Source: a virus
Lineage: Duplodnaviria > Caudoviricetes
Direction: 5' to 3' (one strand)
Virus record (IMG/VR): IMGVR_UViG_3300026549_000043
Coordinates: 1-64,000 of that record
Length of the DNA: 64,000 nt
Both the position numbers and the translations under genes were made by a program. Under the pieces are notes generated by a model, which saw only the letters and a program-made list of their open reading frames with translations, made no database searches and was not told where the DNA came from. Position 1 is the first letter of the stretch; every line of letters begins with the position of its first letter. Positions 22,001 to 34,305 of this stretch are shown in pieces.

Positions 22001-23346
22001 CTAAATTAACAAGATCTAGCAATGATAATACCCAGTGGGCTTTAGGTAATACTAATGTAACTATAACTTCAATAAATGAAGAAGGTTATTCAGCTGGAAT
22101 TACTTGGGTTAATAAAGATTTCTCTGGTGAGGGTAATGCCTTTAAAATTCAGGAAATGAATATTGTTACTTTAGGTCCTGATGATAAATTAATTATTTCA
22201 GGTGATGTAGATGATATTACTAATGAATGGCAAACTTTACCAAAGACTCCAGCCGGTGGTGATGATTTAGTTATAACTTATATTATTGGAGATTCATCTA
22301 CTACTTTAAAATATAATGGCACTTTCAATTATGAAATTAGAAGCAGACTTGATATTTCATTAAATGATTTACAGGCACAGACTCTAGGTAATAATCAATC
22401 AGTTACCATTGAATATTTAAATGCTTCGGGAGAAAAACAAACTACAACGATTCAAAATTCTTCAGGTAACAATGTTACTATTCAGTCATCAACCAACTTA
22501 GAATTAATCGGTGATAATTCTATCGATTTATCCTTATATTCAAATAATAATATTCCAGTTGGTTTAATGTCATATACTGAAACATCACCAACCATTACTA
22601 TTGGTTCTGAAACCCAGGAACTAGAAGATGTTAATGGAAGTTATAGAGTTAATATTTCAGGTGATGATGGTGAGCTAGATTTTCCTTTCGGATATAATGT
22701 TACTTTTAATGATCTAAGTGAAACATATAAGCAATATATTTTACCTGTATTCTTACTAAGAGATAAAGACCCTGAAGACCCACAGTCTACAGCTGGACAG
22801 ATAACTGTACAAATTTATAATGGAGATACTCCAATTAATTTTATTGATTATAATTCAACAAGCCCAGCTACTTCTATGGCTCTTACTGATACTAATATGT
22901 ATTTATTATCACCAGTACTAGTACCTAATAGTAATCCGGGTAATGTAGAACAAACTTCAGGCTCTCAAACAATTAATACTAATTTAACCTTAAAAATTAC
23001 TTGGAGTAGTAGACCAACTAATACTGAGGCAATAGTAATTTATAATCCAATGGTTATTGATGGAATAAATTCTAATTTATCTTTTGTAACTTTAAATTCT
23101 GTTTTAAATAGAATTAACGAGATTGTTTCTAACTCTAATAAACCAGATATAAAGCCTTATTATATACATAAGCCTGATAGTGATATGGCTATCCAGGATG
23201 AGGATATTACAAATCCTAATATTTTCTGGGATAAAAACAATGTTGCAAATATTATTACCATCCCTCAAATTGATTTAGAAAATTCTAACTTTGAAATCTT
23301 AAAATCAATGGATCTTACTTTAAGAAGAAATTCTAGAGAGGCTTAA
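19066..23346 (+). CDS. Baseplate wedge protein, gp6/J-like, 1426 aa (TGA=Trp at 21352)
   Basis: FTDKDF, ESDPGVVL, LVTTKDY; two track ORFs are in frame with only a TGA between them. Confidence 0.8.
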
Positions 23347-23347
23347 T

Positions 23348-24004
23348 ATGATAGATGTTATAAAACAAACTCCATATGAATACAGTAAACAATCTAGAGA
23401 TTATCAAAAATTGGCTAGAATATATACAATTTTATATAATTTATGTAAAATGTATATAGATAATATGGATGTTTGGGGCCCTGATATTGATAATAAGTTG
23501 TCAACTTTAAGATCTAAAACATTAAATTTTGACCCTAAACATTCATGGAGTTTGGATGATTTAGATTCAGCTGTTTCTTGTTTTAAGTACATCATGATGA
23601 GGAAAGGTACTCTTCAGGCATTAAAATTCTGTTTAACTATTTTAATGAGGTCTAGGAAATTATCCGGAGTTATTGATGAATCATTAAATACCTTAATAGT
23701 GGATGGTAATTTAGTTACCGTAAGAATACCGCAGCAATTAGCAAGTGCTGGTGTTATAGAAGATTTGTTTGAATATTTATTACCTTCAGGTACAACTTAT
23801 AGAATAGTAGAATATGTAGAAACTACTATCCCAGATAACTTAACTTCTATGGATATTGGAGATTCTGCCGAATCAAGAACTATCAAAGAGGAAAATATGG
23901 GTATTTACATGGCATCAGGTGATGATTCTACAAATGAAGGAGCTACATGGTATAAAAATGATGTAGTTAATGTTAATTCTAATGGGGAGGAAATTAATGG
24001 ATAA
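23348..24004 (+). CDS. Baseplate wedge protein (gp7/gpI-like)
   Basis: RKGTLQAL and YLLPSG motifs. Confidence 0.6.
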   Translation: MIDVIKQTPYEYSKQSRDYQKLARIYTILYNLCKMYIDNMDVWGPDIDNKLSTLRSKTLNFDPKHSWSLDDLDSAVSCFKYIMMRKGTLQALKFCLTILMRSRKLSGVIDESLNTLIVDGNLVTVRIPQQLASAGVIEDLFEYLLPSGTTYRIVEYVETTIPDNLTSMDIGDSAESRTIKEENMGIYMASGDDSTNEGATWYKNDVVNVNSNGEEING

Positions 24005-24512
24005 AAATTTATCAATAAGAGAGGGTTCATCCCTTTATGATGGTAACGTTACTCTAGAATTGAGACATGGAAAAAGAACCTATGAGGTAATTAAAAAACA
24101 TAACCACGGAACCTTTGAATTTTTTAAATATATTTTAGAAGTAGCTGTAGGCGGTTATAACCCTGAAGACAGACCAGCCTATCTCTATTTACTCACAGGA
24201 CCAACCGGTAATGAATCGACCATAATTCCATATGGGATTCTATATGAAGCTGCTACTAGTGTAAATGATTTGGGTACTAGTGAAGAGCCAAGAGCTTCAA
24301 TAGACTTTACCTTCTTTGTCCCTGAAACTGTCTTACCTTCTGAGAGTACTTCAATAAATGGAATTCGTATATCACCCTTATCATCAAAATCATTTAATCA
24401 AACATATTATGCACAGGTAGATTTCGATTCACCTGTAACTTTATCTGCAAATACAAATCTTTACTTAACTTGAAGAATAGAATTAAGTAATAATAATAAT
24501 AGGGAGATTTAA
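23997..24512 (+). CDS. Baseplate / fibre attachment protein (TGA=Trp at 24471)
   Basis: Ends NLYLTWRIELSN...; SD GGAGG before 23997. Confidence 0.55.
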
Positions 24513-24515
24513 TTT

Positions 24516-25997
24516 ATGGGAATTCAAAGCGTAGAAATGTTTCCTTCAGCATTAAGGAAAACTAATGATAGTAAATTTACTTCAGAGAGAAATATTACTG
24601 GAATAATTAGAGCTGTCACCGATAATGATAGCTATATAATTAAACTAGATAACACTCAAGGAATAGAATTTGTAGTACATGGATATTATTTTAATTTATC
24701 ACAAAAGTCTTTATCTGAATTAGGAAATAATTGTGTAGCTTCAATTAGATTAGACAGTTCATATAGATTAGTATCTTATTCAAATGGATCTACAACCTTA
24801 GATGATAATTCAGGGTTTAATGGATTATATCTAGGTTCTTCTCCTACTACTGGACCTGGTTATTATTCATTACAATTAACTGATTCTTCAGGTAATCCTG
24901 TTAAGGAGTCATTCTTAAAGTTAGATAGTAAGTCAGTTACCACTACAGATACTATTGAAAGTGGATCAAATTTACCTATTTCAAGTGATGCGGTCAATAG
25001 CCTAAAAACTGATTTAGAAAATAGTATCTCAAATATTAATAATACTATTGATGGCTTAGATGTTAGTGATATTGGTGGTACAGGGAAATATATTACTACT
25101 ATTTCTCAATCGAATGGTAAAATTTCAGCAGTAGCTGGAAATACTGCTACTACAAATACTGGTAATACTTTAGTATTAAGAGATTCAAACGGTAATTTTT
25201 CAGCTGGAACAATTACTGCTAATTTAACTGGTACTGCTTCTGTAGCTTCAAAATTAAATTCAGATGCCGGTTCAGCTTCTCAGCCTGTATATTTTTCTAA
25301 TGGAGTTCCTGTTTCATGCACAAGCATTGGCCTTAATTCTGCAACTGCTACTAAGGCTACTCAAGATGAATCAGGAAATAATATTAAAGCTTCATATGCA
25401 TCTTCTATTTCAATTAGCGACCATACAATTACTTTATTAAATAAAAATGGTGCAAGCTTAGGAAATGTAACTGTTCCAGATAATAATACTACCTATTCTG
25501 CTAGTACAGGTTTAAATTTAAGTGGTACTACTTTCTCACTGAAGCAGGCTTCAACAAGTGAAATTGGTGGAATTAAAACTGGTTATACTCAAAGTGGAAA
25601 AAATTATCCAGTAGCTTTAAATAGTAGTGGACAGGCATATGTTAATGTACCTTGAACTGATACTAATACTACTTATAGTTTTTCTAATAAGAATGTTACT
25701 TTATCTTGGGGTACTAAATCTACAATTGCGACTGTTGGCGGAACAGATATTACTGTTACCATGCCTGGTAATCCTAATACTGATACTAATACCTGGAGAC
25801 CGGTAGCTAATAATCTAACTACTACTGATGGTAACTATAGTTTGGCAGCACCGCAGGGAAAATGATTAAATGAAAATAAAATCTCAATAGGTGGAGCTAC
25901 AAGTAATGTGGCTTTGACTAGTAAGGTAGTAAGAAATATTATTATTCAATCTTCCCAGCCAAGTGGATCTACAGGAGATATTTGGATTAAGATTTAA
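24516..25997 (+). CDS. Tail fibre protein (TGA=Trp at 25653 and 25863)
   Basis: RDSNGNFSAGTITA, KNYPVAL...AYVNVP[W]TDTNTTY, GDIWIK. Confidence 0.8.
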
Positions 25998-26015
25998 AGA
26001 GTAGGAGATTAATTA

Positions 26016-26543
26016 ATGGCAGAATATTCATCAAGCAGTGGAAGTTATACTACAACTTTATATGTAACTGAAACTAGTGTTGGTAGTGCTAGCGACAATA
26101 ACTCTATAGTTACTTTTAGTTTAGTATTAACTAAAAATAAAGGATATGGTTTATGGCATTATGATTCTACATGTCCGTGAAGTATTAATATCAATGGTAC
26201 TTCTTATAGTGGTAAGTTTAGTTACGATTTTAGAAATTATTCATCCCTGACTCTAAAGAGCAATACTACACAATCTATACCTCATAATGCTGATGGTACT
26301 AAGAGCATCTCGGTTAGTGCTTCAGTTAATATGGATAATAGTGATTATGTTTCGACTATGAGTCCGAGTGGAACATTGACTTTAACTACTATTCTCCGTA
26401 ACCCTAGGGTTGAAGTACATAATGGAAGTGGATGGGTTTCTGGAAAACCTTATGTACATAATGGCAGTGGCTGAGTAGAAGCAAAAGAAGTATATGTACA
26501 TAATGGAAGTAACTGGGTAGCTACTACTGATAGAGGTAGTTAA
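26016..26543 (+). CDS. Tail-associated protein, DUF859-like, absent from the ORF track (TGA=Trp at 26178 and 26472)
   Basis: SD AGGAG; IPHNADGTKSI; three VHNGS(G/N)WV repeats. Confidence 0.8.
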
Positions 26544-26588
26544 AATTAGTCTATAAATACTGTGTGAGTATTTATTTAATATATATGG

Positions 26589-26618
26589 GTGAACATCTAA
26601 TAAGGTGTTCACTTTTTT
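26589..26618 (+). terminator. Terminator ending the structural operon
   Basis: GTGAACATC/GGTGTTCAC followed by a T run. Confidence 0.8.
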
Positions 26619-26684
26619 AGTTTACCAAAAATTAAAAAACTTCTATAATAATAATGTAAATAAAAGAGAGGATCTGTATATTAT

Positions 26685-26873
26685 ATGAATAAGAAATATT
26701 TAAAACCATCAATTGAAAAAGTTTTATTAATAATCTTAGTTATCCAGGCTTTATTATTATTAAACTTAGATGATTTTTCTTTAAAATCATTACCAATTAT
26801 TCTAATTAATTTAATGTTACTTTTATTTAATATCAGATTTTTATATAACCATAGTAGGAGATTAGAATTATAA
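26685..26873 (+). CDS. Small membrane protein
   Basis: Two hydrophobic segments; lies behind an early promoter. Confidence 0.5.
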   Translation: MNKKYLKPSIEKVLLIILVIQALLLLNLDDFSLKSLPIILINLMLLLFNIRFLYNHSRRLEL

Positions 26874-26874
26874 A

Positions 26875-27195
26875 ATGAATAAAGATTTAATTTTAATTAC
26901 CTGTCCGGTTTGTGGACAGCAATATTTGCCTTCAGAGATATTTTTCCCGGATGATCTTTTAGGGAAACCTACTGAAATAGTAAAGGATGATTCTGGGAGA
27001 GTTGAGTTTTTCTTAGGAGACGAACCTAATTTAACAGAAGATTATGTTTGCGATAATTGTGGGTCAAGATTGAAGATTAATGCAAATATTTCTTATAAAG
27101 TAGATCTAGTTCCAAATGAATTTGAAGAAGAATATGTCACTACATTTAAAAGACCTAAGAAATTAAAATTAGAGGAGAGCTCATTGTTTGATTAA
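26875..27195 (+). CDS. Zinc-ribbon protein
   Basis: CPVC...CDNC. Confidence 0.6.
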   Translation: MNKDLILITCPVCGQQYLPSEIFFPDDLLGKPTEIVKDDSGRVEFFLGDEPNLTEDYVCDNCGSRLKINANISYKVDLVPNEFEEEYVTTFKRPKKLKLEESSLFD

Positions 27196-28867
27196 TGTTT
27201 TTGAAAATAATAGTAAGAAAGTAGTAGGAAAGACTTCCTTATTTATTTCTTTTGATTATAACCCTAACGTATTAGAGATAATTAAAAATACTGAAGGATC
27301 AATTTATCATAAAGATTTTAAGTTTTGGGAAGTACCTTTAAATAGGTTATCTTATTTAATAGATAACCTAACCCTTCTCGATGATATTAATTTAGATTTT
27401 TTACCTGACGAAAATTTATCAGAAATAATAGAACCAGCCTTGGATTATAAAGTAAGACCATTTGATCATCAGCTAGAAGCTATAAAATGGATGATTAATA
27501 TAAAAAATGGTCTCCTTTTAGATGTCCCTGGCTTAGGTAAAACTTTAGATGTAATTTATGCCGCAGAAGAGTTAAAAGAAAAGTATAATATTGAACACTG
27601 CCTTATTATTTGTGGAATAAATACTTTAAAACAAAACTGGAAAAAAGAAATACAAAAATTCTCTAATTTGAGTTGTGTTGTCATCGGGGAGAAAGTTAAT
27701 AAAAAGGGTAATATTACTTATACTTCAGTTAGAGAAAGAGCTGAACAATTATATAATAAAATTGATGAATTTTTTGTAATTATTAATGTTGAAAGCCTGA
27801 GAGATTCTACCGTTGTAGAAGGAATTAGATGTAGTAAAAATAATTTTGATATGGTCGTCGTAGACGAAATACATAAATTGAAAGGTGCGACTACTTCTAT
27901 ACAGTCTAAAAATTTATTAAAATTATCAAAGGTAGGTAAATACCATTTTGGACTAACCGGTACTTTATTAGTAAATAATCCTCTTGATTGTTTTATTCCT
28001 TTAAAATTTATTGGGTATGAAAAATCTACATATACAAATTTTAAAAATTTTTATTGTGTAATAGAACAAAAGTTTGGCCATCAAAGTATAGCTGGTTTTA
28101 AAAATATTGATAATTTAAAAAATGAAATTGCTGAATGTTCACTTAGAAGATCTAAAGAGTTATTAAATTTACCACCAAAGTTTATTATTCCTGAATATTT
28201 AGAATTACCTGAAAGTCAACAAAAATTTTATACTGATCTTCAGAATGGTTTGGTTGAAGAAGCCGATAGAGTCAATATTAAAAATACTTCTTTACTGGGA
28301 ATGATTACTAGACTAAGACAGGCAACTACTTGCCCATCACTATTATCTTCTAAAGAATTAGTAAATATAAAAGTAGATAGAGCTTTAGATTTAGTTGAAG
28401 AAATTACTACAAATGGTAATAAGGTAATTATCTTTTCAGTTTTTAAAGAACCTTTATATCAGTTAAAAAAATTAATTAAAGACTCTTTACTTTGTACCGG
28501 GGATCAATCTGATACTGAAATAGCTGACAACATTTATAAATTCCAAAACGATGAAAGGTATAAAGTAATATTATGTACTACTTCTAAAATGGGGACTGGT
28601 ATAACTTTAACTGCAGCTAGCTATGAAATTTTCTTAGATACCCCTTGGACTTATGCTGAATTTGAACAAGCAGTTGATAGAGCTTATAGAATTGGTACTA
28701 CAAAAAATGTTATCATTTATGATTTAATCGCCAAGGATACCATTGATGAAAGAGTATTTCAATTAATAAATACTAAAAAAGATATATCTGATTATATCAT
28801 TGATAATAAGTATAACGAGACAGAAGAATTAAAATATCTTCTGGGATTAGAAAGTGGTATAAATTAG
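27188..28867 (+). CDS. SNF2-family helicase
   Basis: PGLGKT, DEIH, LTGT, QAVDRAYRIG. Confidence 0.9.
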   Translation: MINVFENNSKKVVGKTSLFISFDYNPNVLEIIKNTEGSIYHKDFKFWEVPLNRLSYLIDNLTLLDDINLDFLPDENLSEIIEPALDYKVRPFDHQLEAIKWMINIKNGLLLDVPGLGKTLDVIYAAEELKEKYNIEHCLIICGINTLKQNWKKEIQKFSNLSCVVIGEKVNKKGNITYTSVRERAEQLYNKIDEFFVIINVESLRDSTVVEGIRCSKNNFDMVVVDEIHKLKGATTSIQSKNLLKLSKVGKYHFGLTGTLLVNNPLDCFIPLKFIGYEKSTYTNFKNFYCVIEQKFGHQSIAGFKNIDNLKNEIAECSLRRSKELLNLPPKFIIPEYLELPESQQKFYTDLQNGLVEEADRVNIKNTSLLGMITRLRQATTCPSLLSSKELVNIKVDRALDLVEEITTNGNKVIIFSVFKEPLYQLKKLIKDSLLCTGDQSDTEIADNIYKFQNDERYKVILCTTSKMGTGITLTAASYEIFLDTPWTYAEFEQAVDRAYRIGTTKNVIIYDLIAKDTIDERVFQLINTKKDISDYIIDNKYNETEELKYLLGLESGIN

Positions 28868-28914
28868 TTTACACCACTTTTGTTTTGAACCTATAATTAA
28901 AATATATAAAGTAG

Positions 28915-29673
28915 GTGATTTTATTGTTAGAGGAAGTATACCGTAGTTATCGATACCTAGCCGATGAAGTTAACTGGAAAAATTACAACCAAAATGAATT
29001 ATTTTTTGAATATATCAAAAACGAAAATGATCCTCACCTTAGAGATTGTTTCTATTCTGGAATAGTATGTAGATACTGGGGATATACTGGGAAAATTTAT
29101 TTACAATGTAATAAGCATGTACCATTTGAACAATGTTATGATATACTTATTGATACTATTAATTATGTATTAGAGAAAAGAGTCTGGGAAAACCCATCTA
29201 GTAGTTTATACCAGGACTCAAAAGCTCCAGATAAAGCTTTTCATATGGTTTTAAAAAGACAACGATCAGTACTTTTATCAAATCTTACTGCATATAAAAG
29301 AAAAACTAATTTTAACACTTTAAGTATTGATGAAATTCATGATGAATATTCAGATGCAGCTGAAGGGTTATTTAATATATATTCTACCAGTGAATATGAA
29401 GGTGGATTAATAGATTTAATTCAAAGCCAAGATGACCCCTTAGATATAATCATCCTAGATAAAATATGTTTTAATGAATGGAAGTCAATTAAAAATGTTG
29501 TTAAATTAATTAAAAAATTAGATGAAAGTTCACGTGAATATTATAAGTCAAGTTATAATATTTCATCTGAAAATTATGATAAAACTATCACAAAAATAAG
29601 AGAATTACGTGAATCTAAATTAACCTTTGAGGTTAAAAAATTATTATATTTATTAAAAGATGAATTATCTTAA
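28915..29673 (+). CDS. Hypothetical, possibly sigma-factor-like
   Basis: Helical ORF; the resemblance is weak. Confidence 0.35.
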   Translation: MILLLEEVYRSYRYLADEVNWKNYNQNELFFEYIKNENDPHLRDCFYSGIVCRYWGYTGKIYLQCNKHVPFEQCYDILIDTINYVLEKRVWENPSSSLYQDSKAPDKAFHMVLKRQRSVLLSNLTAYKRKTNFNTLSIDEIHDEYSDAAEGLFNIYSTSEYEGGLIDLIQSQDDPLDIIILDKICFNEWKSIKNVVKLIKKLDESSREYYKSSYNISSENYDKTITKIRELRESKLTFEVKKLLYLLKDELS

Positions 29674-29694
29674 AGTTGAGGAGGTTAAGATATT

Positions 29695-30558
29695 TTGGAA
29701 TATAAAAGTGCTAAAAATACTTATTTCAGTATTCAAAGCTGAATGGGTAAATATTTAGATCTTAGTGGTAATGATTTAATGGTATACGCTATAATCTTTA
29801 GTATGACTCAAGATGGAGTTAATACCTTTTGGGGGAGTATAGATTATATTTGTAAATTAATCAATTCAAATAGGTCGACGGTTAGGAGAAGCTTAGAATA
29901 TTTAGTAGATAGAAAATTAATTCTAAAAGAGAAAACGAAATCAGATAAGGGCACTAATGTTTATAGAGCTAATATTGAATTAGCTGATAAAGCAGTAGAA
30001 GCTTCTATGAATGATTCTAATGAATTTAATACTGATAAGGACATGGATTCTGAGGGATCAAGGAATTTGAATGATCTAGATCCTGGAAATTCCACGATGG
30101 GTACCACCAAAATCCAAGATAATAATAAAGATAATAATATAGAAAATATTAAAGAAGAAGATAATGATTTCGAAAAAGCTTTAAAAAAATCAGACATAGA
30201 AATTTCAATTATTAAATATTTTAATAAAGTATGTGGTACCACATTTCATTTAAATCAAACTATTAAAAAGAAAATTCAAAAAATATTTTCACTTGGGTTT
30301 AACCTTGATGATATTAAACATGTAATTGATTTTAAATTCGAACAGTGGGGTGCTCATCCTTATGTTTTCCAAAACGGGATGATGAGTGATGGTTCTTTAA
30401 CCCCGACAAAGATATTAGGAGATAATTTTGAAAGCTATTTTAATGAATACCTGAAAAATTTATCTAAGGATAAGAACCAAAATTTTAAGAAAAATAAATT
30501 TGTATCAGAAGCAGTATCAGTAAAATCAAAAGAAAAAATAGATGATGAAATATTTTAG
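29695..30558 (+). CDS. Replication initiator with wHTH (TTG start; TGA=Trp at 29740)
   Basis: YFSIQS[W]M..L.LSGNDLMVYAII is a common initiator N-terminus; C-terminal IIKYFN...LTP..NFESY. Confidence 0.8.
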
Positions 30559-30615
30559 TTTAGATTAATTTAATTGATTTCATATAATAAATGTATAATA
30601 TGAGAGGTATAAATT

Positions 30616-31218
30616 ATGTTTAAGGAATTATATTTAAAAAATTCAAATATTCCTAAAAGATATTTACCTGAAATTGAGTTAAAAGCTTGTGCTGAAGATA
30701 AGCCAACATTTAGAGAGTTAAAAGAAATTAAGGAGAATATTAAAGCTTTCGTTAAATCAGGTAATAATTTATTAATTTGTTCAAATCATTGTGGAAATGG
30801 GAAAACTACTTGGAGTACTAAGTTATTAAAAGCCTATATAGAAGAAGTTCAGAAGTATTCTTACCCTGGAGATACGCCTGGTTTATTTATTAATGTTAGT
30901 AATTTTTTAAATGAAAAGAAATTATCAATTAATGATTCTACCTTGGCTGAAAAGGTTAGAAATATAGAAAAGAATATTTTATCGGCTAATTTAGTAGTGT
31001 TTGATGATATAGCAGATAAATATTTATCTGATTATGACCTTAATACTTTATATTATTGGGTTGATTATCGCACTTCTAATTTAAAATCATGTATATATAC
31101 CTCTAATCAATTACCTCAAGGTTTAGAAAAAACTTTGGGAGGTAAGTTATATTCTAGAGTAGTAGGATATAGTGATGTGAAAATATTTTATGATGGAGAT
31201 AGTAGAGGTGGTATGTAA
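30616..31218 (+). CDS. dnaC: DnaC/IstB-like helicase loader
   Basis: GNGKT, VFDDI, IYTSN, YSRV. Confidence 0.85.
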   Translation: MFKELYLKNSNIPKRYLPEIELKACAEDKPTFRELKEIKENIKAFVKSGNNLLICSNHCGNGKTTWSTKLLKAYIEEVQKYSYPGDTPGLFINVSNFLNEKKLSINDSTLAEKVRNIEKNILSANLVVFDDIADKYLSDYDLNTLYYWVDYRTSNLKSCIYTSNQLPQGLEKTLGGKLYSRVVGYSDVKIFYDGDSRGGM

Positions 31219-32498
31219 TGTTAACTCAGATACAGATAATTAATTTAATTTTATCTACTGGGGATTATTCTTTCATCTTAGATAATAATTTGAGTTCAGA
31301 TTACTTCCCAGATTTAAGAAAAGAATTTAATTTTATTAATAAACATTATTTCACATATAATCAGGTACCGGATCAGGCTACTTTTTTAAAAAATTTCCCT
31401 GAATTCGAAATTATCCAGGTCAATGAATCTGAAGAATATTTATTAAATGAAATTTATAGAGAACATAACGAAAAGTTTTTGGTATCCACCTTTAATAAAA
31501 TTAGAGGATTATTAATGGATGGTAAAACTGATGAAGCTATGAATTTATTATCTTCATCAGCTGATAATGCTATTAGTAATAAAAAGATGGATGCTATTGA
31601 CATTTTGTCTGATGTTTCAAGATACGATTCATATATTGAAAAATGTCATGACTTTAATAAGTATTATGTTACTACCGGGTTTAGAGAATTAGATATGGCT
31701 CTAGGCGGAGGCATTGATAGGCAGAATTCATACTTTGTAATTTCAGCTAGAGCAGGAATTGGTAAGACTTTAATCATGGTTAAATTTGCTGCAGCAGCAG
31801 TTAAGGCTGGATTAAAGGTTGGAATGTATGAAGGTGAAATGACTGTTGATAAGATAGCCGGTAGATATGATACCTTAGTATCTCATATCTCTAATTCAGC
31901 AATCACTCATGGTAATATTGGAATTTCTAATATGTATAAATCATATTTAGATAATCTTTCTAGTTCTGGACAAAAGGGTAAATTTTATATTTTAACCAGA
32001 GATATGGTTCCAGATAATAAAGTAACAGTAAATACCTTAAGAAGCTTTGTTGAGAAGTATGATTTAGATATGTTATTTGTTGACCAGTTAAGTTTATTAG
32101 ATACTGATAGCCATTATAGACAATCATTTGAACAAATGGCTGAAATTAGTAAAGCTTTGAAAAATTTACAGGTTCAAAAAAGAATCCCAATCGTAGTAGC
32201 CTCACAACAGAATAGATCGTCCTTAGAAAATAACGAGTTAGCTGGGACTCAGAACTTAAGTTTATCAGATAGAATTGGGCAGGATGCTACTGAAGTTATT
32301 TTCCTATCCAAAAATGATAATCTAATGAAAATTAACATTGCTAAAGCTAGAGATGGTTATACAAAGAATCTTTTATCCTATGTAGTAAATTTTGATACCG
32401 GTACATTTGAATATGCTCCAGAGGAAGATGAAGAAGAAAGTGAAGCTGAATCAAATAAACAAGATAATAATAAAAATTTAGGTGAAAGAGTATTCTAA
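31218..32498 (+). CDS. dnaB: Replicative helicase
   Basis: TGFRELD, ARAGIGKT, FVDQLSL, SQQNR, IGQDA, KARDG. Confidence 0.92.
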   Translation: MLTQIQIINLILSTGDYSFILDNNLSSDYFPDLRKEFNFINKHYFTYNQVPDQATFLKNFPEFEIIQVNESEEYLLNEIYREHNEKFLVSTFNKIRGLLMDGKTDEAMNLLSSSADNAISNKKMDAIDILSDVSRYDSYIEKCHDFNKYYVTTGFRELDMALGGGIDRQNSYFVISARAGIGKTLIMVKFAAAAVKAGLKVGMYEGEMTVDKIAGRYDTLVSHISNSAITHGNIGISNMYKSYLDNLSSSGQKGKFYILTRDMVPDNKVTVNTLRSFVEKYDLDMLFVDQLSLLDTDSHYRQSFEQMAEISKALKNLQVQKRIPIVVASQQNRSSLENNELAGTQNLSLSDRIGQDATEVIFLSKNDNLMKINIAKARDGYTKNLLSYVVNFDTGTFEYAPEEDEEESEAESNKQDNNKNLGERVF

Positions 32499-33457
32499 TG
32501 TCAGAAATTATAATAAGAGATAAAGTTTTAGAAGTTGATATATTTGAAGCTTTACAAAAAGTTAAATCCCAAATATATAATGGTAAATTAAATAATATTA
32601 GATTAATCGGTGATAGTATTTCTGTCCCATGTCCATTTCATAAAGATGGACTTGAAAGACACAACTCATGCACTATTAATTGTGGAGATAGTTCTGAAAT
32701 ACCACCTGGTACATTTCATTGCTTTACTTGCTCAGAGTCAGGTGGGTTAGATAAATTTATTGGAGCATGCTTTGATAAAGATAAATACTTTGGAGAACAG
32801 TGGTTATTAGAAAATTATTCTTATAATTTACTTAAAAAGAGTTTAGATCTACCGCCAATAGATTTAACTCAACAAACCAAAGAAAAAAAGTATTTAGATG
32901 AATCTATCTTAGATGGATTTTCAGATTACCATCCTTATATGAGTAAACGAAAACTATCTGACGAAGTTATAAAAAAGTTCGATATTAAATATGACCCTTT
33001 AAGTAAATGTTTAGTATTCCCAGTTAGAGATCTTAATGGTAAAATTTCATTTTTAACCCGAAGGTCTACCGAAGGAAAAAAATTCATCATTGGCAAGGGT
33101 GCAGATAAATCTGTAATATATCTTCTGTATAATATTATTAAAGAAAATATTTCAGAAGTTATTGTTTGTGAGAGTCAAATCAATGCCTTGACTTGTTGGT
33201 CTTATGGTTACCCAGCTATAGCTTTGTTAGGAGCCGGTACAACTGAAGACCAAATTAAATCATTAAATAATACCAATATAAAAAGATATATTCTTTGTTA
33301 CGATGGTGATTACGCTGGAAGAAAAGGGGCCTATAGATTTAAAAAATTAATTAGAAAAGATGTATTCGTTGATGAAATAAAACTTCCTGAAGGGAAGGAT
33401 ATAAATGATTTAACCAAAGAAGAATTTGATAATTTAGTTTACGAATTACCTTTATAG
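32498..33457 (+). CDS. dnaG: DNA primase
   Basis: CPFH...HCFTC zinc finger; TOPRIM VCES...YDGD..G; KDIND. Confidence 0.9.
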   Translation: MSEIIIRDKVLEVDIFEALQKVKSQIYNGKLNNIRLIGDSISVPCPFHKDGLERHNSCTINCGDSSEIPPGTFHCFTCSESGGLDKFIGACFDKDKYFGEQWLLENYSYNLLKKSLDLPPIDLTQQTKEKKYLDESILDGFSDYHPYMSKRKLSDEVIKKFDIKYDPLSKCLVFPVRDLNGKISFLTRRSTEGKKFIIGKGADKSVIYLLYNIIKENISEVIVCESQINALTCWSYGYPAIALLGAGTTEDQIKSLNNTNIKRYILCYDGDYAGRKGAYRFKKLIRKDVFVDEIKLPEGKDINDLTKEEFDNLVYELPL

Positions 33458-33532
33458 GTGATATAGTATTAATATAGAAAAAGGTTAGAGCCGCCTGAAA
33501 AGTTAGGCTCACATTGAAAGGAAGGTATTATA

Positions 33533-34222
33533 ATGCCGTATATTAGTAGAGAAGAATTTTTAAAAAGACAGAAGGAAAGACAGGAAAGATCTAATAATTT
33601 TCAGAATTCAGGCCCAAGAGTTAGTTATTTTTCATTAAAAAATGATGGAGATGAAGCCGTTGTAAGATTTGCTTACACTTCACCTGAAGAACTTTATAAT
33701 GATATTTTCCCAACACATCAGACTACCATTGATGGAAAGTTCAGAAGAGTAAAATGCTTAAGAGAAAGTTATAACTCTCCAATTAAGGACTGCCCAATGT
33801 GTGCTGCAGGAATTCCAGTAAGTGAAAGATTTTATATTAGATTAGTAGAATATACTATGAATGATGCTGGAGATATTGAATTAACACCTAAGGTTTGGGA
33901 AAGACCAACTAGTTATGTATCAACCTTAAATGATTTCTTTGATGAATATGGAGATATCTCTGAAATGGTATTCAAGGTTAAGAGATCAGGTGAGAAGGGA
34001 TCTTTACAGACTACATATTCAATTTTACCAGCAAATCAGAAGATCTATAATGAAAGTTTATACCCAGTAGATTTCTCTGCATTTAAAGAATATTCTGTAG
34101 TAGGTAATGCTTTAACAGAAAAAGATGCTGATGGCATGTTAGAATTATTAGGAAACACTAAGGATTCTAAAGAAGAACCAGCTGAAGTAATTACTGCTAC
34201 ACCAAGAAGAGTAACTTATTAA
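33533..34222 (+). CDS. Single-stranded DNA-binding protein (gp32-like)
   Basis: FSLKNDGDEAVVRF, C...CPMC, KVKRSG..TTY. Confidence 0.75.
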   Translation: MPYISREEFLKRQKERQERSNNFQNSGPRVSYFSLKNDGDEAVVRFAYTSPEELYNDIFPTHQTTIDGKFRRVKCLRESYNSPIKDCPMCAAGIPVSERFYIRLVEYTMNDAGDIELTPKVWERPTSYVSTLNDFFDEYGDISEMVFKVKRSGEKGSLQTTYSILPANQKIYNESLYPVDFSAFKEYSVVGNALTEKDADGMLELLGNTKDSKEEPAEVITATPRRVTY

Positions 34223-34248
34223 AAAAGACCTAACGGTCTTTTTTTTTT
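34221..34248 (+). terminator. Intrinsic terminator
   Basis: AAAAAAGACC-TAAC-GGTCTTTTTT. Confidence 0.8.
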
Positions 34249-34305
34249 AGTTTACATAAACTGTATAAATATGTTAGTATTAATATACTAAAAGAGGGTA
34301 TTTAA